Shown one piece after another: positions 52,601 through 64,000 of a stretch of 64,000 nucleotides of DNA; position 1 is the stretch's first letter; each line of letters opens with the position of its first letter. This DNA comes from Eukaryota sp. GEM-RC1. Taxonomy: Eukaryota. The DNA lies in assembly GCA_040285855.1 (NCBI GenBank), contig JAUFOQ010000001.1, forward strand, positions 62,001 through 126,000. The letters run 5' to 3'. The notes beneath the pieces were generated by a model that saw nothing but the letters and a program-made list of their open reading frames with translations, did not search any database and was not told the DNA's origin. Position numbers and translations under genes: made by a program.

Positions 52601-54696
52601 TTCTAATAGTCAACAGAAAAGAATGTGAAGTAATTCTGGAGGCAAAAACATCAACTGTCAGAATCTGTGATGAATCAATATCATGTAAAGCAACAAAGAC
52701 GGCGGGAGGAAATGGAAACTCAAAATTAAACCATACTTGCAATTCCATGTGAAATCCGAGGGCTCCTTGGTGAAGGTTGAACTGTGGAATGGATGGACCG
52801 ATTGACAGGAAATCTGTATCCAAGATAGTAGTTGGTGGACAAAGTAAAGCGTGTTCGAAGACGATTGATGATGTGTAAGGAAGGAAAAAGAAAACAAGTA
52901 CAAGCAAAGCAATGAGAAAAACATAAAAACAACATCCTTTGCATTTGGGGAGATATTTAGGATTTTTTGTAACTACAGCTGGTGATTTGCTAGAATCTTG
53001 CCACTTTGAATCTGAAACATGAACATTCTCCTTCTTCGGTTGAGAACTAGGAGTGCCACGGGGCATTGTTCGATACTCAAGTGGAAAATTCGGCAGGACA
53101 CCTCTTGGAGTAATGGATTGCGGAAATGCCTGATTTTCAACAACCTGGTTTGGCGTGGTTGGAATGACTGAGCGGTCCAGAAGTGGTTGAGATAGATCTT
53201 GTGATGAAGTAACTGATTCCATAGGGGTAGGAGATGGATTTCGATCAGAAACAGTCGAAACCTGGTGAATCACACATTGTCTTTGCATTTCTGTAGCATC
53301 ATTGAAAACGTTTCGTAAGCTATTAACAGAGGGTCTTAAACCCAACTCTTGGTTAATCATGAGTACAATTTTCTCATATGTGGACCGTTGGTTCTTAGTG
53401 AGCTTAAAATGACTGCTGGACAGTCTGTTCTTTAAGTTATCCCGAAGTTGTAGCAAATTATTGATAAGTGTTCTAATTTGACGGCTCTCAATTTCATTCG
53501 AGGTCACAGTTTCAGTTGCAAGAAAGCTGTTCTGGGCGTGAGCAAACGTAGCAAATGATGCTGCTCCTTTAGCAGTAAAGTATTCTAAGGATACATTACT
53601 AACATGACTCACAGATCCTGTGCAAGCCCTTTGAACAAGTTGGTTGACGTTTGGGATATTTGACCCGAGACCAACCATGAGCAAGACTTTGTATGATGAT
53701 TTGTACTTTCTTAATGCAGTTTGAAGGAACTCTTGACATTTGTCATACACACTTTGCACAACATGTTGAAATTGACTGTGTGAAAGTTCTTGCTTAAATT
53801 CATAGTTATGGTTCGAAATCCTGCCTGTGAACGATACGGTCACAGATGATTCTGGAAGAGACAGAGATTCTTTAATTGATTTGGTCCGTGTGAGAAGTTT
53901 GTTTTTGAATTGAACATGTTCAACTATACGAGAGGGAATTCCTTGAGATTTTGCTCGTTCACTGAACCAATTGTGAATCGCTTTGTCAAACACTTCTCCT
54001 GACACTTCATTAGTTTCTTCTGATTCAACGGCATACCTATCTTGCAGAAAAGATACAGCTGAAAGCTCTAATTTGGTTGCCCCTAGGTCGAGTATCAGAA
54101 CCTTATTTGGGTTAGTGTTGTGGGTATTCTGGAATCCATAAGTACTGTATGCAAACGCAGCAGCAACACAATCGTAGATCACCCCCAAAACTTCCAACCC
54201 AGCTAATTCAGCTGCCTGTTTCATACAACCGCGTTGTGTTTCCGTAAAGGAAGTGGGCACTGTGAGAACACATTTGCTCGGTTTTTTAGTAAGAGAGAAT
54301 CTTCTCACATGTCGATCAATCAGTTTGTTCAAGAGGTTAGCGAAGAGTTGTTGAGGTTTGTATTGGGTGTTTAAAAGTTCAACGACACAGTCACCGTCTG
54401 AGGAAGATTTGATGGAAAAGGGCCAACGATCATAATACTGAGGAGAAGACGCATCGTATTGTTTTCCAGTCAAGCTTTTGAATCCATAAACGCAAGATCT
54501 AGGCGATATCTCAAATGCTTGCAGGGCTTGTTCTCCATACACAATGTCATTTCCGCATACAGCAAGCGCTGTTGGGATGTTGCTTATCTGTCTAAAATGA
54601 GATCTTTGGGTGCACAAACTGTTCTCGATTGCTAAGAGAAACAACACGGCATTGATATCCTCCAAAATCTATTCCAAGAGTGATGTCGCTTGCCAT
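49667..54696 (-). CDS. Fusion protein: degenerate Hsp70 NBD - TM - tandem H-type lectin domains - TMs - processive GT2 glycosyltransferase
   Basis: ATG 54696 (MASDITLGIDFGG), intron 54592-54619, then one open exon through NBD, TM, lectins and VAILIACH; GT2 motifs GNKT, IMDDDV, QDMEY, PHGAISIWK, HGED, QRVKSWD assembled using introns 51252-51281, 51110-51137, 51039-51067, 50792-50825 and 50643-50670 plus about three 1-nt slips; 3' end approximate. Confidence 0.8.
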
Positions 54697-55111
54697 GAGT
54701 GGAAGTGATCAGCCGATTGAAAAGTGAAATTTAACAAGAATCTTTGTCTAGGTGTTTTCTCTACGTGTAGCTGTGTAATGAACTAAGCATTACTCGAGAA
54801 CTTTCCAAACATCATTTGACAAGCAAAAGTGCTTTTTTTGAAATAAACGCTAGTAGAAAACACAAGAAGGGCCATATGATGTAACTTCAACATTAGTCCT
54901 ATATTTCTTCCTGATGTCAGGTGATGTGGATGTCACGAACATTTCACAGTTTCCCAATCAAGACAACAGACATTTGCAGTGTTAATAGTGAGGAAGTTCC
55001 CGTATTGTATTGAGTCAGTTTTAGGTCAATCACTTCAAAAAAAGTGTTTCATACCGTGGTTTCAGATTTCTAAACATTTAATGGACTTATTTGATGACAT
55101 CGTGTGTGTAA

Positions 55112-55545
55112 CAGTGATGTATAAAAATAGCGTATCGTACATTATTTGCCGTACACTACCGTAAATTAAGGTACGGTACTACACCGAGCATCCGAAGAAC
55201 ATGGCAACTGTAAAAAGACGGAATTGATTTACGGCAAATGTTTCTGTAGATTACTCTTTTCAGGCCCCTTAAATCGAAACGTATTGATCATTTTCATCAG
55301 TTCTGTAACAACTGAACCAATATCAGTTGCTCTAGAACTTGAAAGAAGAGAATTGAGTAGGTCGGATAGGTACAATACTATTGTTTTTAATAATCAACTG
55401 TTAAAATCCTGCTAGAACAACTTCAAAAACCGTATTATATTGATCATCGTCAACATTTGAAGTGGATATCTTTAAAACGTCAACTTTTTCTTCTCTACAA
55501 TAGAACATGCTGGACACTGTTGAAACTGTACTGCATGCAGGTGAC
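55112..55545. mobile_element. Partial second copy of the 38812 hAT-like element
   Basis: Begins CAGTGATGTATAAAAATAGCGTATCGTAC and is collinear with 38812-39285; right end absent. Confidence 0.7.
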
Positions 55546-55869
55546 GTGTTAAAACACGTGGTGTTAAGAGTTTTGAAAGAGTGTTAACATGCTAATCACA
55601 TACTGTAGTACAGTAACTGTACTAATTTCCATGCTTGTAGAAAACATTGTCCAAAATATTACAACAATAGTATCTCACGTCTTTTCCATTTTAATAAAAA
55701 ACGTTCAAAAGGAGCAGTTCTACGTCTTCAACTTTTCACTATATTCCTACTATTTATATATTCCTACTATTTATATATTCCAACCAGATCTCTCGAAATT
55801 CGATCATTGCCAGCTAGCTTCTTTCGAGATTGGAAGGACAACGCAATGTATAAGAAATAGACTGCTAAT

Positions 55870-57039
55870 CTAACGGAGTTCAATGAGGGAAGCTCCTTGG
55901 GCAACAATTTCGTCCACTTCTAAACTTCCTTTAACCTTCTGACGACCAAACATTTGATGCAACATGTGGCAGATCTTGGGGATTCTTGTAGAACCACCAA
56001 TGAGTAGAACCTGTTCGATATCCGATTCAGAGAAATTGTTTCTAGAGAGCAACTGTTGAACTTGCGTAATGCATTGGTCAAACTTTTCAGCACACATTTC
56101 TTCGAAATCTGCACGACGAACAACTTGAACAAAATGATGTTGATCCACTTTCAAGTCAATAGCAACACTCTCCTGGAAAGACAAATGTTCCTTTCCTAAG
56201 ACACATTGCTTTCTGAGTCCAGTAGTAAAATAAATATTGTTACGAATATTAGGACCAAATTGATCTATAGCCGTCATAAGACAATCTTGATACAGAAGAT
56301 CATCAAAGTTTGAACCACCAAGATTAGAATCGCCATCGGTGTCAATTACAACATGGGACTGTTGCTCACCAGCTTTGATAATCGTAATGTCAAAAGTACC
56401 TCCACCAAGATCAAAAACAAGAAAGAGTTTGCCAACAATATCCAAGTCTGGATTAGCGTGAAAATAGGCCAACGTAACAGCCATTGGTTCTTCTAAAACT
56501 CTGATAACATTGAGCCCAGCAAGATCGCCAGCCTGACGTGTAGCGAGTTTTTGACTTTCATTGAAGTAAGCTGGTACAGTTATAACAGTATCAATTTGTT
56601 CGTTATCGAGATCGAACTGGTTCTGGGCATAAGTTTTGATTTCTTTTAAAACCTCAGCACTCAGAATTTGAGGAGTAAACAGTTGACCATTGAGATTAAC
56701 AGCAGCTACATCACTATAAGGGTCTGGCTCAATCTTGAAAGGAAAGCTCCTGAACTGTGTGAAGTCTATCTCGGAGAAGGGACGTCCCATTAAACGTTTG
56801 AAGTCTCGTGCTACAGCAGGTGCGTATTCGGGAAAATGGTCGATGATAGTTAAAGCTGGAGAACCGCAGGAAATACCATTTACGGTATAAGCCACAACCG
56901 ACGGCATTGTACGGTTATTCTGAAAATATACAGGAAAAGGACTTCAATTAGGTGAAAATGATATCGACTACCTTTGATTACGTTGATATACAAACCCACA
57001 ACTGTTTGTAGTCCCTAAATCTATAGCAAGAGTGGGCAT
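55870..57039 (-). CDS. Hsp70-family NBD-only paralog (inverted partial duplicate of the gene at 36217)
   Basis: [14 protein letters not shown], 30-nt intron 56942-56971, intact frame with [14 protein letters not shown] and IGGSTRIP, ending at QGASLIELR*; upstream ~400 bp also resembles 35830-36217. Confidence 0.8.
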
Positions 57040-57616
57040 TGTCGTTGAAAAATAGAACTCTTAATTCTTACAATCACTCTCATTGGTTTGAACTTGAATA
57101 CTAGAGTCTTGCCCGTCCACTGTCTAGTCTTGTCAAATTCCGCTCCATATATGTGATATTGGGCGTTAAATCGATCTGAATTCAACCGTCTCTGCCATGG
57201 ATCACATGAAACATATCTCAGATCTATTACTTTCCTCGTAAGTACAGCTAATTTCTTTTCTTCCTTTAGACTGAGTACGATGCTGGAAGGCGAAGATCTT
57301 GAACAAGCTTCCATTCCTCTCCGAAGACACCTGTCCGTATATCTCTATTCATCACCATGGGATAACATATGATTTAAAGCTGTTTCATCTCCTTTCCGTG
57401 TTCTTCCACTTTTGTCATTACCAAACAGGGAAAGTGTCTTTAGAAAATCAGACTCGCACTACATCTCTTGTAGATTACTCTCGGATGAAATCCACATAGA
57501 TTTACTCTTTATCATCACGCTCTAAATACTGTACCATAGCAAATGATCCCACTTCCCCGTTCTCATTGATCAATTGTATTGTATATCGCTGGTTGACGTT
57601 GACATATATCTGCTAA

Positions 57617-57759
57617 ATGTTTCAGAGATTTATCTAGGTGACAATTCTATTGGCCCTGAAGGTGCCAGATCATTGGCTGATGCTTTGAAGGAGAATTCTT
57701 CAATTTCAGAGATTCATCTAGGTGACAATTCTATTGGCCCTGAAGGTGCCAGATTCTGA
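57617..57759 (+). pseudogene. LRR gene fragment (two copies, 84 bp apart)
   Basis: SEIxLGDNSIGPEGAR occurs twice with LADALKENSSI between. Confidence 0.7.
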
Positions 57760-59094
57760 AAAATCTGCAGGATTGTAAAGGATTCGTGTACCCTCATATA
57801 CTTGTAGTATCATAGTAATCTGTGTGGAATAATGCAGTGGCTACTGAAATCGCTTAGTTGTCTTGCTCAAGTAAACTGTTAGAGTTCAATTATCATGTGA
57901 AAACATATCTCTATACCACAAACATAAATTTATTCATCCCATGTCATTTAATCAAAGTGACATTACAACTGAGAATTAATTGCTAGACAAGATTGTAGCG
58001 AACACGGTTGTCATTTTTTCTGTTTTAAGCAATGTTAAGGTGTTTTGATTCGGTTCTAAACCAGTTTTTTGAATTACGACATGAATAAGAGATGATGTAG
58101 ATGTAGTGGTATCTATTGAATTAAAAACGATAATCGTTCCACTTTCAGTACAAGGAGGTAAGTGTTTAAATGGCTTTATTTGTGCAAGTACTTTGGATTA
58201 TTGATGTCTAACAAAAACCACACCATCTTCATTATCACGTCCAAGGTCCTGAAACATATTTGTATTCCCCTATTTAGATGTTGTTTATAGATAAATATTA
58301 TTGTATGTACATGTTACAAAACAATTTATAGTTTAAATTTTGGCAATTCTGTATTTATTACAGTAGTAACTTATTGAAGTAAAAATAGAAGTCGAGTAAA
58401 TTCATCTTTTAAATTGACCGCCTCAATAGTTTCACTAATTGTTTTACAGTAATTGGTGAACACAACAGTGTTGTTAATACATTGGTTCTATCATTGAGAA
58501 ATGTGGTGCGGATTTATCAAATCGCTTTGGTTTAACAAAATTTTCAAAACAACTGTTTGTACTAGATGTTGAATGTTCTGGCTGATGAAATTGGTGGACA
58601 TCTTAATGACTAACGTAGTCATTTGCAGCAGATGCTAAACAATGATGTCAAAAAGACTCTAAGATTGGCAAAATTTTGTGCAGTTTTACACCAAGTATTG
58701 AAATCCCTACCTGTTTCGTATAGTTTGGGGATACTGTATATATATGACAGTAAAAAAGTGATTATTGTATTTAAATATTTCTTCCCGGCCCATACCTCAC
58801 CTACTTCATCAGCAGCAGAACCAATGTTTAAAAGACCTTGAAACTATGATAACAACAAAAGGTTGTCATCATAACATATGATATTCCCATAAAATGAATG
58901 AGTGAATACAATTACAGATAGAGTTGGGGCTAATTGCAACTCATATTCTTCAAACGTGAAATGTTTAACATGTGAGCAAAACTGCAGTAGAGATAAATCT
59001 ATACATTCTTAGGAATTTGCTCGTTGATTTTGACCATTATAATATCTGGTCTGGTAATCATCCAATGACACAATTACTCATCATCTGTACAAAG

Positions 59095-59160
59095 TACAGA
59101 AGAACCGGTTACACCCCCTTCGAAATGATTTTTGGAACTGATTCCACTATTCCAAGAAGT
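59095..59160 (+). mobile_element. Possible gypsy integrase remnant
   Basis: RRTGYTPFEMIFG resembles the T-G-x-S/T-P-F-E-x-x-F-G integrase motif; very short. Confidence 0.35.
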
Positions 59161-59185
59161 CCACATACTAATCTGTTACATGTAC

Positions 59186-59840
59186 CAGGGGTGTGAAAAT
59201 ATTTACTTAAATATATTGTTTATTGTTTTCGATAAAAATAAATATATTGTTATTGTTGTCGAAAACAATAAATATATTTATTTATTGTCAATAAATATTG
59301 GTTAATTTTGCTTGGTTTCTATGTGTCAATAATCAGACAAGAACAGCTCTAACATTTTTTATGATATATGAAATGTTACTCAGACTCGTCATCGTCCTAA
59401 AGGAGCTCAATAGATTGGGTAGTGAATAAGACTCTGATTGAAGATACTTCTTTGGAGTAACTCCAATTGCACAACAACAGAACAGTTTGGGTTTCCGTCG
59501 TATTAAGCAGGACAAATCGTGTCAATTACAGACTTGAAATGTAGTGGGTAACAATTTCCTTATGTTCAGACATAAAGAAGACTCAGATAGAATTGTATCG
59601 TGCTCAGCAACCTCCAATCGATCACTTTACACTGTATTTCTTCAAAAATAGCACAATGTTTTACTGTAAAAACAGACAAAATAGGACACCAGTATATTTA
59701 AATATATTGCAATATATTGCAATAATATTGTTTATTGTTTCGACCAACAATAAATATATTGTCGGTAACTCACAGAACAATAAATAAATAAATAGATATT
59801 TATTGCAATAAATACAATATAAATATATTTTTTCTAGCTG
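59186..59840. repeat. MITE-like segment with AATAAATATATT repeat clusters at both ends
   Basis: Clusters at ~59200-59300 and ~59690-59830; TIRs and TSD not convincingly resolved. Confidence 0.35.
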
Positions 59841-59953
59841 TGAATACTTGTGTTAGCAGCAGTTTGGTTGTAGCACATGATTTTCTGGCTAATTAAAATC
59901 ATGTTGGTTACAAAGAAGCCTTAATGGTGTTTTACATGGCCCTGCCTGTAATT

Positions 59954-60101
59954 CCTAGTGTTATCGTTACAGATCAAGACAAATCCCTGCTAAAAACAAG
60001 TAGAGAACTTTATCCATCTTATCATCATTTGCTGTGTCGGTTTCACATTAAACAAAACCTAAATGACATTAAACGCTGTATGGAAGTTTCTATATGGAAG
60101 T
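59954..60101 (+). mobile_element. MULE (FAR1-like) transposase remnant
   Basis: Manual translation PSVIVTDQDKSLLKTSRELYPSYHHLLCRFHIKQNL shows the MULE T-D-x-D...C-x-x-H pattern. Confidence 0.7.
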
Positions 60102-62739
60102 AGTTTTTGAGACAAACTATAATATTCTCCAACTTTAATGAACAATAATTTGGTGAAATGGAACAAAGAAACATTGATGGAAAACAGGACAAAAATTATC
60201 AATTACGGTTGAGAAAGTATTGGTGAAAAATTGTATTTTTCTGGCAATGCATTCGTTCTTTGTTATTGTTAAACCACATATTAAGTTAAGAAGCGAGACG
60301 ACTGCCAAGTTCCAAGTTGAACGAGGTTTATATATCTAAGACGTGAGTCGGACACATATGTGGAAAAAGAGAAAGAGAAAATAGAATAATTGAGAGTAAT
60401 CCCACAGTTTAAAGAGTTTGAAATAAAGCACACACTATGAACTTGGTAGTTGATGCACTGCAATGTTGAGAAATTGCAAAAGGCTCAAAATCAAGTATTT
60501 TAAAAAGTAATAATAAAAATTACTTTCATTAGCGTGTTTTGCTCTAAAAAAGAAAACGTGAGACAAACAAACCATCAAAATTAGAGAAGTTGACAAACTA
60601 AACATACCAGAGATAAACAGAAAGAAGACCAGCAAAGTCGAATGTAGGACATCAGAGAGATGTTGACAAACCAAAGATTAGACGAGAAAAACCGATCACG
60701 TCATCATTGATCACGTGATACGATGACGGGAGAAATGAAGAAAGAGGAGTGAAAATGATTCAAGGCAAAGTAAGATCACAATCATTGAGTCATTAATCAT
60801 AGAGGTAACAGTTGGAACGGTTGTGCGAAACGTGAAGAGAAAGAGACAAAGGAAAGAAGGTTCACAAGCAAAGAGTGAGTGGTACTTCAAGTGAGGACAC
60901 AGAGAGAACAGGAAGAGGATGATGGAGATAAAGGTACGAAAAGGCGTCACTTATCAAAGGGATAAGATCAAGAGTTGAAGTCCGCAAAAATGAACGATAT
61001 CTCCATAAATGTCCTAACATCAACATTTCCTACTCTCTGATCGTCCAATCATGTTTATTCCCTGAGTCTCTGTTGTTCTTGGATCTATATCTCATCTCCT
61101 TCATCGCCCTTGTTCATATCACTCCGTTACCATTGTTTGGTCCGCGTGTTGGTTCGATCATTCCCCCTCCGTACTTCTCGACTACGAATATGCAGTGTCG
61201 TCTTACAATCGTCCGCAATCCTCGAACCCTTGTCTTCTTGTTACTACTTGTTCTCCACCCAGGATCGATTAGGTTTGCTTTCAGTTGTGCTACAACAGCC
61301 ATGTCCTCTGAATATCACTTATGCTACCACTTCTTCGTCTTTCTCATCAACAATGATGTGAGAGTCATCTTTATCACTCTCAACCTAATCCGTCGCCTAT
61401 TCATGTCTATCTCTCTTCTTCTTCTATCTCATTCCCCTTCTTTATCGTCCTTTCTTGTTCGATCCATTCCGTTAATGTTGTTCTTTCCACATTTGGTTTC
61501 GATCCTTCCCCATCCGTACTTCTCGTCTTCAAATACGCGAATGCTTCTTCCAATCCTCTTCGATCCTCGGTCCTTCGTCTTCTTGTTCCTACTCGTACTT
61601 TCATTACCACTTGTTCTCCAGCGCGATTTACTTTCACCTGTGTTACACCAACCATATCTTTCTCAGCATCGCTTCTTCTTCCACTTACTCCGACTTATCT
61701 TCATTTTTCTTGTCAACAACACTTGAAACTCTTCTTGACCTTGATCTCTCTCAGCCTAACTCATCTAACTCGTCTCTGTGATCGTTTCAAATTTGCCCTT
61801 CCTTGTTTGTACATCTATCATCGTTTACACATGTATTCTATCTTACCGCATTCTGTAACTCATGAGCTCTGTACACGTGATGGGAGAAACTTGATCACGT
61901 CATTCCTATTTTATAATAAATGCAGAGAATTGTTTCGTTGACGTCATCATTATGTTATAAGTAACTGCTCTTTGTTGACTATTCAATCAATTATCGTGAT
62001 GTATCTTTTATCAAATTGAATTTACATATTGTTTACTAATGTACTGACTTTCACTGTTTCCAGTTATTTATGCCATTGACTATTATTGAATTGATTAACT
62101 GAAGACTTTTTTCTCCATAAAGTCTTTATGATGAGAGAAACTTTCATCATTTTTGATTGTTGAGAAATTGACAGTAAAAAGTCAAATGACATTACTTTAC
62201 CATTTCCAAACATTATTCTTGGACCAATTGTGTATCTTTAACTTGGCTATCGACGTAACTACGGATTGAAATTACACGATTGTCCATTCATCAAACAAAG
62301 GAGTCTGATAATCCAATACCGCAAGCTCTACTACGTACTTGTAGGAACTGTCTAAGGTAACGGAAACTCGTTCACGGAGATTACCTATTGAAACACCCAA
62401 CTTCAGTTTATCAGTGTCTGCCACGAATTCCTCATATACTCAATTGGAGATGCTCCAAAAACGCTTCATATGAGGCATTGCACCCAGAACTGTTGAGTTA
62501 ATTAGTAAATCTCTCTGGCAGGTTTATCATAGAATCCATAGACACAACCAAATGTATATAGTGTTCATGGAAATACTAGCAGAATGAATCATAAAAGATT
62601 ACAGTTCGACCAGCTCTCTTCCCCAAGCAAGAAAGTCTGAGTCTTGTGTTAGTCCATCCAGTGTCCTCAACAAATATTTGAGAGCTCAAATTCAAATGGT
62701 TTCGCAAAACCACATGTAGCAAGTCAGTTAATCGAAAGT

Positions 62740-62850
62740 CAGTCAAATGTGAAAAATCTCTGATTTTGCACGGAAGTAAACCACAAACAGCATCAATCGG
62801 ATTTGATTCCGGACAATAAGGAGGTAAGAATAAGTAGCGAAGTTTTGCTA
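62740..62850 (-). mobile_element. Tc1/mariner-IS630 transposase remnant
   Basis: LRYLFLPPYCPESNPIDAV is a decayed LPPYSPELNPIE motif. Confidence 0.65.
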
Positions 62851-64000
62851 CTTTCAATGCTCTGATGAAATTACTTCACTCAAAAATTCTAAAAGCAATT
62901 GTTCATTGTTTTTTAGAATTTGTTCCCACTCAGACTTGGAGATTCCTTGCTGATTATTGAACGTACATAAAACTAAGTCAGCAGCTATACTAATAGAAAA
63001 CATAGTTCTACCATTACCTAGTGAAATAGCAGTGGAACAATTTAAAATGTTGATAACAAGCTTGAGGTACCGATTCATTTCTGTGGATGGATCATTAGAT
63101 TGACTAAGTATAAGATTCTTCTGGTCACCCATAGCTTGAGTAGTGGAAGTGTATTGACTCAAGAGAACCAAAGATCTTTTTCAGTTATGTTTGAATCTGG
63201 ACCTGGAATGTTGAGAAACTTCCAGTCACTCAATAATAATGGTCATGTTATGACTTTCAGTTATCAATCAGAAGACTTTTGATATCAGAGTCTGTTGTGG
63301 ATAATCAAAACGAACAACTGACAAGATGTTAGAGTGTTCAGAAGACAAAGTTGCACTCTTTTGAAGCTTCAAGTGTGAGTTACTTGGATGGAAGACCATT
63401 ATTGACGACTCTTTTAAATACTTGGTCTTTTGTCATAGTTAGTTTAATTTCGTCAAGGGAAGAATCTAATAATGGCTCTTAATTGTCGTAAGTTGAGCTA
63501 AATAAGAATCCAATATGTCAAAGATGGAATGTTATTTTTTCAACAAAATGGCACTCCTTGACATGAGAAAGATTGATTCCTTTCAACGGTCGCAGTTACT
63601 GGTCCGATGTGTAAGATTTTGTTGTGAATTTTCTCATTTAGAAGACAATAACATTTAGCTTATATGTACCTGCAGAAGCTATCATCATCCAGAATCTCAG
63701 CAAGAATTTCGTGTTGAACTTTGACGAAAGTCAAACAGCTAGTTGGTTAGCCGTTGCTGATGGACTGGTTTCCATCGGCGGGATGTAGTCTTTAGTTGAG
63801 TCAAAGTTCTCTTTGAATGGAGTAAGACGGGTAATAACAGCCTTAAACCGCTGCATTACCGATTGAAGTCATTTGTAAGTCGCTTTGTGGGAGAAATCGT
63901 ACCGGTACGACAAAGCACTTTGATGGAAAACACCATTGTTCTCTTTCAGCTCAGGATAATCAGTCAGAACAGCAAGTGCCATAAACAAGGCTTCTCCTGG

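Noticed and set aside
61073..61726. 217-aa hydrophobic membrane protein
   Set aside because: TTG start; hydrophobicity is explained by C/T-rich low-complexity DNA; no family motif
62854..64000. Gene on the minus strand at the window end
   Set aside because: Coding-like stretches are broken by several stops and match no family I can name
1..64000. rRNA, tRNA or prokaryotic operon/defence island
   Set aside because: No RNA-gene signatures recognised; spliceosomal introns and eukaryotic transposons indicate a nuclear genome; short antisense ORFs over long genes are shadows

Overview
AT-rich eukaryotic (protist-like) genomic DNA, not prokaryotic. Genes carry very short GT-AG introns (20-34 nt) and lie among DNA transposons (Mutator/MULE, hAT, a Tc1/IS630 remnant) and LTR-retroelement scraps. 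Many reading frames have 1-nt slips, mostly in homopolymers, so several 'broken' genes may be intact in vivo. Genes include a RING-kinase-coiled-coil-SPRY protein with an in-frame TGA, a BTB/Sel1 gene, a large type II surface protein built of 975-bp repeats, a cluster of small secreted proteins (possibly toxin-like), an RCC1-repeat membrane protein, an inverted pair of RNI-type LRR genes (one split by a MULE with a 9-bp TSD), a 7-module ependymin-like membrane protein and an MFS transporter. The most striking content is a family of atypical Hsp70-derived genes that share one micro-intron: (i) a degenerate Hsp70 ATPase domain fused to transmembrane helices, tandem H-type lectin domains and a processive family-2 glycosyltransferase; (ii) an Hsp70 with a complete vWA domain inserted into the substrate-binding domain and no lid, next to a protein with a J-domain-like HPD motif and a C-terminal CCCGV; (iii) two truncated, NBD-only or fragmentary copies. 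Domain calls are from motif recognition by eye; no database search was run.
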